Shown piece by piece: positions 1 through 38,286 of a stretch of DNA of 64,000 bases. Every line of letters starts with the position of its first letter. Positions within the stretch are counted from its first letter, which is position 1. A model generated the notes under the pieces. The model saw only the letters and a list, made by a program, of their open reading frames with translations, made no database searches and was not told the origin of the DNA. The translations under genes and the position numbers were made by a program. Source of the stretch: Macrostomum lignano (taxonomy: Eukaryota); NCBI GenBank assembly GCA_002269645.1, contig NIVC01000366.1, forward strand, positions 372,001 through 436,000, given 5' to 3'.

Positions 1-516
1 CCCCTTGTTGCTAAAGCCCCTTGTTGCTAAAGCCCCTGGTGCTAAAGCCCCTTGTTGCTAAAGCCCCTGGTGCTAAAGCCCCTTGTTGCTAAAGCCCCTT
101 GTTGCTAAAGCCCCTGGTGCTAAAGCCCCTGGTGCTAAAGCCCCTGGTGCTAAAGCCCCTGGTGCTAAAGCCCCTTGTTGCTAAAGCCCCTTGTTGCTAA
201 AGCCCCTGGTGCTAAAGCCCCTTGTTGCTAAAGCCCCTGGTGCTAAAGCCCCTTGTTGCTAAAGCCCCTTGTTGCTAAAGCCCCTGGTGCTAAAGCCCCT
301 GGTGCTAAAGCCCCTGGTGCTAAAGCCCCTTGTTGCTAAAGCCCCTTGTTGCTAAAGCCCCTTGTTGCTAAAGCCCCTTGTTGCTAAAGCCCCTGGTGCT
401 AAAGCCCCTGGTGCTAAAGCCCCTGGTGCTAAAGCCCCTGGTGCTAAAGCCCCTGGTGCTAAAGCCCCTGGTGCTAAAGCCCCTGGTGCTAAAGCCCCTG
501 GTGCTAAAGCCCCTGG
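1..516. repeat. 15/16-bp minisatellite (GCCCCTGGTGCTAAA / GCCCCTTGTTGCTAAA)
   Basis: Two interleaved unit variants running off the left edge; explains ORFs 352-577. Confidence 0.95.
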
Positions 517-1067
517 ACGACACCAAACGACACCAAATTTGAATTGCAAGAAGAACTCTGACTCCAGATTGCATTAGTTTTTGGCTTCCTTGGCCACAGA
601 ATATCCAGTAATAAATATATAAAAATGGATTTACATCGAATGGGGACGAAAGCCCGGCAACGCAATAGGAGATGAAGATTCGTTCAGTATAATAAGTATA
701 AATATAAAAAAATGGGGAGAAATGCCTCTAATGTATATACGAACTAAACTGCGCTTGTAATGATTACAGTTTTGCATAATAAATAATATGTGCGCGCCAT
801 CGGTTCCGAGGCTGAAAGGGCTACGCAGGGGCGGAGCGAATCAGTGGGGAAGCGAACTTGTTCTGTGTATCCACCTTTTCTCTGCATATCTGTCACGGAA
901 GTTTGGACTTGATTAGGGACAAAAAGAGAGACAGATTCTAAATTATTGGGCTAGTTCAGGGGCCGATGAGAGAATTCAGGGCCATTGTACAATGTACACC
1001 TCGCGAGAGCGTGTGTCTAGTGTACGTATCCTTGTTGTATGCGTGATCAAGATCTGCGGATGGCATG

Positions 1068-3720
1068 ACTGTCTCTTCAGGTGGGTTGCCCCTGTCTCTT
1101 CAGGTGGGTTGCCCCTGTGTCTTCAGGTGGGTTGGCCCTGTGTCTTCAGGTGGGTTGGCCCTGTGTCTTCAGGTGGGTTCTACTGTCTCTTCAGGTGGGT
1201 TCTACTGTCTCTTCAGGTGGGTTGCCCCTGTGTCTTCAGGTGGGTTGCCACTGTCTCTTCAGGTGGGTTGCCCCTGTCTCTTCAGGTGGGTTGCCACTGT
1301 CTCTTCAGGTGGGTTGCCCCTGTCTCGTCAGGTGGGTTGCCCATGTCTCGTCAGGTGGGTTCTACTGGTCTCTTCAGGTGGGTTGCCATTGTTTCTTTAG
1401 GTGGGTGGGTCTTACTGTCTATTCAGGTGGGTTGCCCCTGTGTCTTCAGGTGGGTTGCCACTGTCCCTTCAGGTGGGTTGCTATTGTCTCTTCAGGTGGG
1501 TTGCCACTGTCCCTTCAGGTGGGTTGCTATTGTCTCTTCAGGTGGGTTGCCCCTGTCTCTTCAGGTGGGTTGCCACTGTCTCTTCAGGTGGGGTGCCCCT
1601 GTCTCTTCAGGTGGGTTGCCACTGTCTCTTCAGGTGGGTTGCCCCTGTCTCTTCAGGTGGGTTGCCCCTGTCTCTTCAGGTGGGTTGCCACTGTCTCTTC
1701 AGGTGGGTTGCCCCTGTCTCTTCAGGTGGGTTGCCCCTGTCTCTTCAGGTGGGTTGCCCCTGTCTCTTCAGGTGGGTTGCCCCTGTCTCTTCAGGTGGGT
1801 TGCCACTGTCTCTTCAGGTGGGTTGCCACTGTCTCTTCAGGTGGGTTGCCACTGTCTCTTCAGGTGGGTTGCCCCTGTCTCGTCAGGTGGGTTGCCCATG
1901 TCTCGTCAGGTGGGTTCTACTGGTCTCTTCAGGTGGGTTGCCATTGTTTCTTTAGGTGGGTGGGTCTTACTGTCTATTCAGGTGGGTTGCCCCTGTGTCT
2001 TCAGGTGGGTTGCCACTGTCCCTTCAGGTGGGTTGCTATTGTCTCTTCAGGTGGGTTGCCACTGTCCCTTCAGGTGGGTTGCTATTGTCTCTTCAGGTGG
2101 GTTGCCCCTGTCTCTTCAGGTGGGTTGCCACTGTCTCTTCAGGTGGGGTGCCCCTGTCTCTTCAGGTGGGTTGCCACTGTCTCTTCAGGTGGGTTGCCCC
2201 TGTCTCTTCAGGTGGGTTGCCCCTGTCTCTTCAGGTGGGTTGCCACTGTCTCTTCAGGTGGGTTGCCCCTGTCTCTTCAGGTGGGTTGCCCCTGTCTCTT
2301 CAGGTGGGTTGCCCCTGTCTCTTCAGGTGGGTTGCCCCTGTCTCTTCAGGTGGGTTGCCACTGTCTCTTCAGGTGGGTTGCCACTGTCTCTTCAGGTGGG
2401 TTGCCACTGTCTCTTCAGGTGGGTTGCCCCTGTCTCGTCAGGTGGGTTGCCCATGTCTCGTCAGGTGGGTTCTACTGGTCTCTTCAGGTGGGTTGCCCCT
2501 ATCTCTTCAGGTGGGTTGCCATTGTTTCTGTAGGTGGGTGGGTCTTACTGTCTATTCAGGTGGGTTGCCCCTGTGTCTTCAGGTGGGTTGCCACTGTCCC
2601 TTCAGGTGGGTTGCTATTGTCTCTTCGGGTGGGTTGCCCCTGTCTCTTCAGGTGGGTTGCCCGTGTCTCTTCAGGTGGGTTGCCACTGTCTCTTCAGGTG
2701 GGTTGCCCCTGTCTCTTCAGGTGGGTTGCCCTGTGTCTTCAGGTGGGTTGCCCCTGTCTCCTCAGGTGGGTTACCCTGTCTCTTCAGGTGGGTTGCTCCT
2801 GTCTCTTCAGGTGGGTTGCCCGTGTCTCCTCAGGTGGGTTGCCCCTGTCTCGTCAGGTGGGTTCTACTGTCTCTTCAGGTGGGTTGTCCCTGTGTCTTCA
2901 GGTGGGTTGCCCCTGTCTCTTCAGGTGGGTTGCCCCTGTCTCTTCAGGTGGGTTGCCACTGTCTCTTCAGGTGGGTTGCCCCTGTCTCGTCAGGTGGGTT
3001 GCCCATGTCTCGTCAGGTGGGTTCTACTGGTCTCTTCAGGTGGGTTGCCACTATCTCTTCAGGTGGGTTGCCATTGTTTCTGTAGGTGGGTGGGTCTTAC
3101 TGTCTATTCAGGTGGGTTGCCCCTGTGTCTTCAGGTGGGTTGCCACTGTCCCTTCAGGTGGGTTGCTATTGTCTCTTCAGGTGGGTTGCCCCTGTCTCTT
3201 CGGGTGGGTTGCCCCTGTCTCTTCAGGTGGGTTGCCCGTGTCTCTTCAGGTGGGTTGCCACTGTCTCTTCAGGTGGGTTGCCCCTGTCTCTTCAGGTGGG
3301 TTGCCCTGTGTCTTCAGGTGGGTTGCCCCTGTCTCCTCAGGTGGGTTACCCTGTCTCTTCAGGTGGGTTCTACTGTCTCTTCAGGTGGGTTGCTCCTGTC
3401 TCTTCAGGTGGGTTGCCCGTGTCTCCTCAGGTGGGTTGCCCCTGTCTCGTCAGGTGGGTTCTACTGTCTCTTCAGGTGGGTTCTACTGTCTCTTCAGGTG
3501 GGTTGTCCCTGTGTCTTCAGGTGGGTTGCCCCTGTCTTTTCAAGTGGGTTGTCCCTGTGTCTTCAGGTGGGCGGCCCCTGTCTCTTCAGGTGGGCGGCCC
3601 CTGTCTCTTCAGGTGGGCGGCCCCTGTCTCTTCAGGTGGGCGGCCCCTGTCTCTTCAGGTGGGCGGCCCCTGTCTCTTCAGGTGGGCGGCCCCTGTCTCT
3701 TCAGGTGGGCGGCCCCTGTC
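1068..3720. repeat. 23-bp minisatellite CCCTGTCTCTTCAGGTGGGTTGC with ~555-bp higher-order repeat
   Basis: About 115 units; marker variant GTGGGTGGGTCTTACTG recurs at 1401, 1956, 2534 and 3086. Confidence 0.95.
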
Positions 3721-4253
3721 TGTTCTTTCTTTCCTCTTCTTTCAATCTATTCTATTACCCCATCTCTCTCTTCTCTCCTGTCATCTCTTACCTCGCTTTT
3801 CGCAGCTATTCATTCTCTAATCCAGCCGGCAGCTAAAAGCCAGCTTCCTTATCTGACCCTAGAGGTAAACTAAAGTTTGCCGAGCCCTGGTATTTACTGC
3901 CAACTGAAGTACATCGTACTCTATACTTACGACCTATATCTAATTGAAGCGAGCTGATCTACGAGCATCAGCTGCGAGCAGCAGAGAGTCAGCGAGAGAA
4001 TGACAGTAATTTATATTCGCTGCGACCAGCTGCAGCGACTGCAAGCTTAATACCGCGACAGCGACACAGCAGTCACTGATGCCAGCGCATTTGGGGATTG
4101 GGAAACCCAATTATGTTTTCCCGATCGCTTTCGGCAATTCTTAGCTCGTATTATACGAGCTAATTATCGTTTGTAGCTTATGCGTTTGGTACCGAATCTT
4201 ACCGGATCTCTCTGCATGCGAGTCCTTTATCTACGGTATCATTTTACATCTGC

Positions 4254-4734
<481 letters not shown>

Positions 4735-5272
4735 CATGTATCTATTCTACCATCTATTCGAATATTTAAAGGTAATTTTTTGTGTCTTAAAGAGTCCGTT
4801 TGTAAAAAAAGAAGGGTTTAGACTTTTTAGGAAAATTGTAATAGTATCATTCCATACATAAATGTCACGGTCTAAGTCACACTGATTGATTGATCCCAGA
4901 GGTTAATCCTGCGATGGTCTAACCTTGCTTTAGTTTGAATCCATATATAAACTGCTGTCAAAACTTCTTTTTTTCTTACAGATCCCTTCAGTTGGCTAGG
5001 AAAGAGACTGACATAGAGCCGCATGAAGCTATAAAGCATTGATTGACAGCCAAACAATAATATTTCGAATAGTAATATTGGAATGCCTCCATAAGCAGAT
5101 ATTGTATCTAGGATTTTAAGAACAATTTACCATAAGGAAATATGAAAGCCAAAATGATAAAAAAGCTTGTGTTATTTTTTTCAAGTAAACACCAAATTCC
5201 GTTAACAAAAAATGAATCTTACTACTAGTAGTAGGTAAAATGCGAGTAGTACATGCGTAAAATTCTCATTAC

Positions 5273-29103
<23,831 letters not shown>

Positions 29104-29943
29104 ATCTCCGATCGACTTTTAGATCTTTATGACAACTTTGATGGTGACAGTCTCTAGCTCAGGGGAAAACGAAATTAAATGTATACTTTCAATTCCATTA
29201 ATTCAGTTTTTACTTATTATGTGTGTCTCTAAAACAAATACAGACGAGTCAATGTTTTTAAGGTTACTTCAAGCTAAGAGTTTTAAAGCGCATTTTTTCA
29301 AAACCAGTTTTCTGGCAACAGTCACATTTGATCAGAATTTCGATATTAGCGTTTTCGTGTTTATTTCAGTTATCGTTTTCCCGCCAAATGCTTTAACTCA
29401 AAATAACAAAACACAAAAGAATACAAGGCTTGTATTCTACTTCTAACGTAAGATGATGCGATATTTATTTAACTGATTCTAAATTAAAATTTAATTTCCA
29501 GGGTTAAATTACAAATGAGTTTACGATAGTTTTTGAGGCAACGCACCCCGTTAACGTTGGCCTAACTGTGATAGGCTTACCCCCATGCAAGCTTGCTGAT
29601 AGCAAACTTTCCAAAAGTTCGATCGAACGACCTACTACAGTCTACTATGGTAAATTACTGTGTTGTCTTATGTAATTTCACTTACTTTTAATTAAACTTT
29701 CAAATGTATAAATCCCATTTGTCTACGACTGTACTATGTTATGTTCGCTAATCGCTAGGGGCCTAGGCTTATTGCTAGCCTTTGTTTTAGTTTTAAAAGT
29801 TTTAAGAATAGGCCCCTACCTCCCACTAGGATTAATACAATAGCAATATGCCTAGGCAATAAATAGCCTGTCTAGATCAAACAAAAAGTAGGCTTTAGCT
29901 TCTACTTTACTTGGGTAGTCCTTGGCCTAAGCATTTGGAAAAG

Positions 29944-32607
29944 ACGTCTATACTCCCAGTACCAGAACCAGTACCAGAACCAGTACCAAAAAATAAAATA
30001 CAAAATACAAGTAAAAAACGAAAAATAACCTACAAAAATGTCTAAGATAGTAAAAAATCAACTCTAGCAATTATTATAACCGTTAACACAGCGTTCAACA
30101 TATTTCGTTTCAGCGATTTACATTACAGCATAACTTAATGCCTATTAAAATGCTTATTTGAGAACTAAAAGTAAAACACCGAAATTTAACATTCTAGCTA
30201 AAAAACCTTAAAACAAATATATATAAAACTAAAAAACCTATCAACAATTGTTGGTGATGCCATACATACAATATAAATATACCAAAAAACTGTACATGTA
30301 ATATGTTCAATTCCTGTAATTTTTCACCAAAATTACTTCAGTGTACTTCGGCAGGAACCATTGTGAGTACGAAGCTGAAAACTGAGATCTGGAAGGAAAC
30401 ATTATCAATCTAGAAGCCTACAAGACGCCAAGGCTCCATCTGTTCCCTACTCGAACTTACAGACTCCCAAGTCCCCCCCGCTCAGTACATTAATATGCAG
30501 AAAGTACTTTAGTGTACTTCGACAGGAACCATTGTGAGTACGAAGCTGAAAACTGAGATCTGGAAGGAAACATTATCAATCTAGAAGCCTACAAGACGCC
30601 AAGGCTCCATCTGTTCCCTACTCGAACTTACAGACTCCCAAGTCCCCCCTGCTCAGTACACTCAGCTGCAGAAAGTACTTTAGTGTACTTCGGCAGGAAC
30701 CATTGTGAGTACGAAGCTGAAAACTGAGATCTGGAAGGAAACATTATCAATCTAGAAGCCTACAAGACGCCAAGGCTCCATCTGTTCCCTACTCGAACTT
30801 ACAGACTCCCAAGTCCCCCCCGCTCAGTACACTCAGCTGCAGAAAGTACTTTAGTGTACTTCGACAGGAACCATTGTGAGTACGAAGCTGAAAACTGAGA
30901 TCTGGAAGGAAACATTATCAATCTAGAAGCCTACAAGACGCCAAGGCTCCATCTGTTCCCTACTCGAACTTACAGACTCCCAAGTCCCCCCCGCTCAGTA
31001 CATTAATATGCAGAAAGTACTTTAGTGTACTTCGACAGGAACCATTGTGAGTACGAAGCTGAAAACTTGGGAGTCTGTAAGTTCGAGTAGGGAACAGATG
31101 GAGCCTTGGCGTCTTGTAGGCTTCTAGATTGATAATGTTTCCTTCCAGATCTCAGTTTTCAGCTTCGTACTCACAATGGTTCCTGTCGAAGTACACTGAA
31201 GTACTTTCTGCATATTAATGTACTGAGCGGGGGGGACTTGGGAGTCTGTAAGTTCGAGTAGGGAACAGATGGAGCCTTGGCGTCTTGTAGGCTTCTAGAT
31301 TGATAACGTTTCCTTCCAGATCTCAGTTTTCAGCTTCGTACTGACAATGGTTCCTGCCGAAGTACACTAAAGTACTTTCTGCAGCTGAGTGTACTGAGCA
31401 GGGGGGACTTGGGAGTCTGTAAGTTCGAGTAGGGAACAGATGGAGCCTTGGCGTCTTGTAGGCTTCTAGATTGATAATGTTTCCTTCCAGATCTCAGTTT
31501 TCAGCTTCGTACTCACAATGGTTCCTGCCGAAGTACACTAAAGTACTTTCTGCAGCTGAGTGTACTGAGCAGGGGGGACTTGGGAGTCTGTAAGTTCGAG
31601 TAGGGAACAGATGGAGCCTTGGCGTCTTGTAGGCTTCTAGATTGATAATGTTTCCTTCCAGATCTCAGTTTTCAGCTTCGTACTCACAATGGTTCCTGCC
31701 GAAGTACACTAAAGTACTTTCTGTATATTAATGTACTGAGCGGGGGGGGGCTTGGGAGTCTGTAAGTTCGAGTAGGGAACAGATGGAGCCTTGGCGTCTT
31801 GTAGGCTTCTAGATTGATAATGTTTCCTTCCAGATCTCAGTTTTCAGCTTCGTACTCACAATGGTTCCTGCCGAAGTACACTAAAGTACTTTCTGCAGCT
31901 GAGTGTACTGAGCAGGGGGGACTTGGGAGTCTGTAAGTTCGAGTAGGGAACAGATGGAGCCTTGGCGTCTTGTAGGCTTCTAGATTGATAATGTTTCCTT
32001 CCAGATCTCAGTTTTCAGCTTCGTACTCACAATGGTTCCTGTCGAAGTACACTAAAGTACTTTCTGCATATTAATGTACTGAGCGGGGGGACTTGGGAGT
32101 CTGTAAGTTCGAGTAGGGAACAGATGGAGCCTTGGCGTCTTGTAGGCTTCTAGATTGATAATGTTTCCTTCCAGATCTCAGTTTTCAGCTTCGTACTCAC
32201 AATGGTTCCTGCCGAAGTACACTGAAGTAATTTTGGTGAAAAATTACAGGAATTGAACATATTACATGTACAGTTTTTTGGTATATTTATATTGTATGTA
32301 TGGCATCACCAACAATTGTTGATAGGTTTTTTAGTTTTATATATATTTGTTTTAAGGTTTTTTAGCTAGAATGTTAAATTTCGGTGTTTTACTTTTAGTT
32401 CTCAAATAAGCATTTTAATAGGCATTAAGTTATGCTGTAATGTAAATCGCTGAAACGAAATATGTTGAACGCTGTGTTAACGGTTATAATAATTGCTAGA
32501 GTTGATTTTTTACTATCTTAGACATTTTTGTAGGTTATTTTTCGTTTTTTACTTGTATTTTGTATTTTATTTTTTGGTACTGGTTCTGGTACTGGGAGTA
32601 TAGACGT
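29944..32607. mobile_element. Foldback-like palindromic element: ~390-bp outer inverted arms plus inverted arrays of a ~171-bp unit, no spacer
   Basis: ACGTCTATACTCCCAGTACC at 29944 is the reverse complement of GGTACTGGGAGTATAGACGT ending at 32607. 30341-31067 holds 4.3 forward units and 31068-32223 holds ~6.7 reversed units. The flanking ACGT is either a 4-bp TSD or the TIR tip. Confidence 0.8.
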
Positions 32608-33326
32608 TAATGTGTTATTAGGCCTAGATAGTACTAGAAAGGAGACGAGTGGGTAGGAAAGCCAGTAGGACAAGGCTGCAAGAAAGAAATCTATGAGGCA
32701 ATGAGAGGAATAGCAATGCTAGAATATTGGTAGCTTTCCCCCAATACCAGTACAAGGACTTCTAGACTAACAGGACATAAAACTCAAAGATCATACAATT
32801 TTTGGTGGCCACGATTTCCTGGAAAAATTACACTGCAAAGATAGGAAAAAATCAGTTTTTGTCACAAAATCAATGATTGTATTTGATCTGGGGCAGTGAA
32901 GACTACCATTCTTTTAATTTAGCATGCACAACATGTTACTCTATTATATTTTCATATAGCTGTATAGTGAAGTTTTCATTTTCATATTGTTTTCACTTTA
33001 TTTCATAAGCCCAAAGTTGCAAATACTCACAAGTGGCATTAGCCAAATATCAAACTAATTCAAGAAAAGTAAAGCTATTCAAATTTGACAATTTGTAATA
33101 TAATAATATTTTAGCCTTTAAAATAAAAATTATAAATAGACTAGGGCCCAATCAATATTTTTTTTCTTATAGATATGGTACCTAGAAAAAATGGTTAGTG
33201 CCTATTTTTGTGATTGTCTATTCTTTTTAAATCTTAGTCTTAAATATAGGCTTGGCTTAAAAACTGATAATATAGCTTTCTCAGGCCTAGGTAAACAACA
33301 ATATAAAACTATGTATTGGTTATCTA

Positions 33327-35220
33327 TCTCTACATATAAAAATCAAAACTCTGTGTGTGTGTGTGTCTGTCTGTGTGTGGACAATTTTGATCACTATGGA
33401 CTCCCAAACCGCGCAACCAAATTATACCAAATTTTACACCCACCCTAAACTCACTACGGAGAATGTCTTAGGCTACCTTTAAATTTCCTAAATTTGAGTC
33501 TTCCTACCTAAAAGTGCAAAAAACTGCTCAAAATGCGCGATTTTTTTACTAAAGCCTCCTTAGCGCCGCTCCACTTCTACCGATCCTCTTCAAATTTGAC
33601 ACAATCAATTTTCAACTATTTTGACACAATCATGTAAAATTTCGAGTCTCAAAGTTAATCCTGAATGGCGCTGTGCACTTTTAAAGTTTGGCTGTTTTTT
33701 CAGCGAGACAGCCACCCCAACCTCCGCCCGCCTGCCTCTTTCCCGATCTGGGCAGAGTGTAAATGGGTTTTAAAATGACTAACTTTCGGCTGCCATAAGT
33801 TTGCTCCACGTGAAGCGATTGACTTCTAACTTAACACAATTCTTCTTTGATTCATTCTCTGTCTAAATGTAAAGTTTCAACTCTCTAACTCAATCAGAAC
33901 AGAAACTGTAAGCATGTGAAGTTTGTCTGCTTTTTTTGTTGTTTGTGCCACTCACTCACTCATTGCCCCAGAGCCAGACGAAGGGTCAGGCGATAGGACT
34001 GAATGTACATAGCAAATGTACAGTGTTTTGGAATAACTTTATTTATAGCCTTCTCTGCACCCCGAGAGTGGAAAGGCTACGTTTAGTCATAACAGTTTAG
34101 TGAGAAATTCTAACCACTGCCCTCCCCTCTGTATTGGCAAACTCTGCAGCAGTTTAACAGTGGATGGCAATTGGCAATTGGCAAATCGAGGGAATCTAGC
34201 ATGGTTTGTAATAGCGAGATTTATGAAAAGGCAATGCGATGCAATGCAATACAACCCTACTAAATTAGGCACACCATGGAAATTTTAGGTTTCTTTTAAA
34301 GGTACTGTGTAAATACTAAATAGCCTTCTAAGAAATGCGTATTTCCTTGGTTGTTAGACTGATGCAGACTGCAGTGAAGTTGAAGATACACAAATTCCTT
34401 TCAGGGCTGCAACTGCAAATTGGCAAGAAAGATGACGGGATCTAAGCATGAGAACAACCATGAGAGTACTACGTCCCACAAACTGGCTTTCCAAACAGGG
34501 ATGGTCAGACTTTTACCTTGAAGGCCAGATAAAGAATCCAGCTCATGACTGAGGGCTGAGGGGCAGATGAAAGTGGAAAGAAGAAGGAATAGACGATTCA
34601 AAGAGAGGAGAGGCGACAGAGGGGATAAAAGAAAAGATAAAAGATAATAGGAGAGATGAGGGGGTGAGGACGATGAGAGAGAGGGGGAGAAGAGGGGAGA
34701 GAGGAAAAGCGAGAGGAGAGAGGAAAAGCGAGAGGAGAGAGGAAAAGCGAGAGGAGAGAGGAGAGAGTAGAGATGAGAGAGCAGAGCTGCAGATGAGAGG
34801 AGGGAGGAGACAGCAGAGAGGAGAGAGGTGAAAGAAGAGATGAGAGAATAAAGGGAAGAGAGAAGAGATAAAGAGGAGAGTGGAGAGAGAGAAGAGAGGG
34901 AGAGAGAGTATAGAAAAGGGAAGAGAAGAGAAAAGAAGAAAGGAGAAAGGAAAGTGAGGAGTCAAAAGAGGGGAAAGATAAGAGTACAGAGGAGAGAGGT
35001 GAGAGAACATATAAGACAGAGATGCCAGATTAAAGAGGGGGATGAGAGAGCAGAGACGAGAGTGAACAGATAAAAGATGGGAGAGTAGAGAGAACAAAGG
35101 AGAGGTTACAGAGACAAGAGGAGAGAGGAGAGACAAATGTAGAGAAGTGAGTGAGAAGAGAGGAGAGGAGAATGGAGAGGGGAGAGAGTAGAGAGAGGAG
35201 GAGAGATAAGAGAGAAAGAC

Positions 35221-35294
<74 letters not shown>

Positions 35295-35329
35295 GATAGA
35301 GAGAGAGAGGAGAGATAAGAGAGAAAGAC

Positions 35330-35419
<90 letters not shown>

Positions 35420-35983
35420 GAGCAGAGAGAAATGAGAAGAGATAAGAGAGAAAAGATAAAAAGAAGAGAAAGGAAAGATGAGAGAGCAAAGACGAGAGAG
35501 AAAAGAGGTGCGGGAAGAGACGAGAGAAGAGGGGAGAGATGAGAGAGTTAAGAGGAGAGAGAAAAGAAGAGACAAGAGATGAGATAAGAGAAATGAAAGA
35601 GAAGAGAGATGAGGGAAGATACGAAAGAAGAGGGGAGAGAGGAGAGACGAGAGAGGAGAGACGAGGGACGAGAGAGATGAGAGGAAAAAAAGAGACGATA
35701 GAAATTTTAAAGGATCCAAGGGATGTAGGGAGAGACAGGGAGAGACCAGAGTTTAGCAATATATGTTTTAGAGTCAGACAGAAATTGCCTGACATTCTGC
35801 GCAGTACCCTAGCCAACAATGTCTCAAACCCTAATTTTAAACGAATGTGCTCCATTTTATGTCTACCTCTATCCTACTAACATTAATTTGTTTGTGTATG
35901 GCCTTAGATTTCAGAATACATGCAAAAGTAGTTCCGGGGATTGGAATTCCCCGGGTTCAAAATCCGCGGGTTTCAACAGCTTG
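33327..35983 (+). mobile_element. Non-autonomous Helitron copy 1 (GA-rich interior)
   Basis: 5' A|TCTCTACATATAAAAATC followed by a (GT/GTCT)n microsatellite; 3' GC-rich hairpin (CCGGGGA..TCCCCGG) then CAACAGCTTG; homologous along its length to copy 2. Confidence 0.75.
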
Positions 35984-36006
35984 TCTCTACCTATAAAAAT
36001 CAAAAC

Positions 36007-36039
<33 letters not shown>

Positions 36040-38221
36040 GGACAAATTACTTCGCTATGGACTCCCAAACCGCTCAACCAAATTACACCAAACTTTACAC
36101 CCACCCTAAACTTACTACGGAGAATGTCTTAGGCTACCTTTTAATTTCCTAGACTCAAGTCTTCCTACCTAAAAGTACAAAAAACTGCTCAAAATGCGCG
36201 ATTTTTAACTAAATCCTCCATAGCGCCGCTCCACTTCTACCGATTCTCTTCAAATTTGACACAGGCAATTTTCAACTATTTTGACACAATCGTGTAAAAT
36301 TTCAAATCTCAAAGTTACTCCTGAAAGCCGCTGTGCACTTTTAAAGTTAGGCTGTTTTTTCAGCGAGGCAGCCACCCCAACCTCCGCCCGCCTGCCTCTC
36401 TTTCCCGATCTGGGCCCAGATGTGAAAAAGGGGTTTAAAATGACTAACTTTCGGCTGCCATAAGTTTGCTCCACGTGAAGCGATTGACTTCAAACTTGAC
36501 ACAATTCTTCATTGACTCATTCTCTGTCTAAATGTTAAGTCTTAACTCTGTAACTCAATCAGAACAGAAACTGTAAGCATGTGAAGTTTGTCTGCTTTTT
36601 CTGTTGTTTGTGGCGCTCAACTCACTCATTCCCGCAGTCCAGACGAAGGGTCAGGCGATAGGGCTCAATGTACATAGCGAATGTACAGTGTTTTGGAATA
36701 GCTTTATTTATAACCTTCTCTGCACCCCGAGAGTGGAGAGGCTACGTTTAGCCATAACAGTTTAGTGAGAATTCTAACCACTGCCCTCCCCTCTGTATTG
36801 GCAAACTCTGCAGCAGTTTAACACTGGATGGCAATTGGCAAATCGAGGGAATCCAGCATGGTTTGTAAAAGCGAAAGATTTATGAAAAGGCGATGCGATG
36901 CAATGCAATATAACCCTACTAAATTAGGCACACCATGGAAATTTTAGGTTTCTTTTAAAGGTACTGTGTAAATTTTAAATGGCCTCCTAAGAAATGCGTA
37001 TTTCCTTGGTTGTTAGACTGATGCAGACTGCAGTGGAGCTGAAGATACAAAAATTCTTTTCAGGGCTTGCAAATTGGCAAGAAAGGTGACATGATCAAAG
37101 CATGAGAACAGCCATGAGAGTACTACGTCCCACAAACTGGCTTTCTAAGCAGGAATGGGCAGACTTTTACCTCTAAGTCCAGAAAAGAATCCAGCTTATG
37201 GCTGAGGGGCAGTTGAGAGTGGGGAGAAGAAGGAATAGACTATTCGAAAAGAGAGGAGAGGTGAGAGAGGGAATAAGAGAAAAGATAAAAGATAATAGGA
37301 GAGATGAGGGAGTGAAGACGATGAGAGGAGAGAGTAGAGAGGAGAGAGTAGAGGAGCGAGTAGAGAGGAGAGAGTAGAGGAGCGAGTAGAGAGGAAAAAG
37401 TAGAGAGGAGCGAGTAGAGAGGAGAGAGTAGAGTAGCGAGTAGAGAGGAGAGAGTAGAGAGTAGAGTAGCGAGTGGAGAGGAAAGAGTAGAGAGGAGCGA
37501 GTAGAGAGGAGAGAGTAGAAGAGCGAGTAGAGGGGCGAGTAGAGAGGAGAGAGTAGAGGAGCGAGTAGAGGAGCGAGTAGATAGGAGAGAGTAGACAGTA
37601 GAGTAGATAGGAGAGAGTAGACAGTAGAGTAGCGAGTGGAGAGGAGAGTGTAGAGGAGCGAGTAGAGAGGAGTTAGTAAAGAGGAGAAAGGAGAGATAAG
37701 AGAGAGAATGGAAGAGAGAAGAGATAAAGTTGTACAGATGAGAGAGGTGTAAGGAGAGATGAGAAATGAGAGATGAGAGATAAAGGAGGAGAGTGGAGAG
37801 AGAAGAGACGAGACAAGAGATGGAGAGAGTATATAGAAGAGGGAAGAGAAGAGAAGAGAAGAAAGGAGAAAGGAAAGTGAGGAGACAAAAGAGGTGAAAG
37901 AAAAGAGTACAGAGGACAAAATGAGAGAACATTAAGACAGTAAAGATGACAGATGAAAGAGGGGGATGAGCTGAGAGCAGAGACGAAAATGAACAGACGA
38001 GAGATGGGAGAATAGAGAGAACAGAAGAGAGAGAAGAGAGAAGAGATTACAGAGACGAGAGGAGAGACAAAGGGAGAGAGAAGTGAGTGAGGCGAGAGGA
38101 GAGAAAAGAGGAGAATGGAGGGGAGAGAGTAGAGAGGAGAAGAAAGATGGGAGAGAAGAGATTACAGAGACTAGAGGAGAGAGGAGAGACAGGGAGAGAG
38201 AAGAGGAAATAGGAGAATAAA

Positions 38222-38286
<65 letters not shown>

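Noticed and set aside
1-516. Possible telomeric repeat at the window edge
   Set aside because: 15/16-bp units are unlike TTAGGG, and CASK must continue beyond this edge.
992-3873. Long Cys/Gly/Val-rich ORFs up to 930 aa (also 15398-16187)
   Set aside because: Translations of the 23-bp array, open in all three plus frames.
30341-32223. Regular repeats superficially like a CRISPR array (also other minisatellites)
   Set aside because: Contiguous tandem units without unique spacers, eukaryotic context, no cas genes.
29944-32607. Palindrome as a read-chimera or assembly artefact
   Set aside because: The arms differ by a 12-bp indel, in unit number and in inner variant order, which a simple fold-back chimera would not produce; read confirmation is still advisable.
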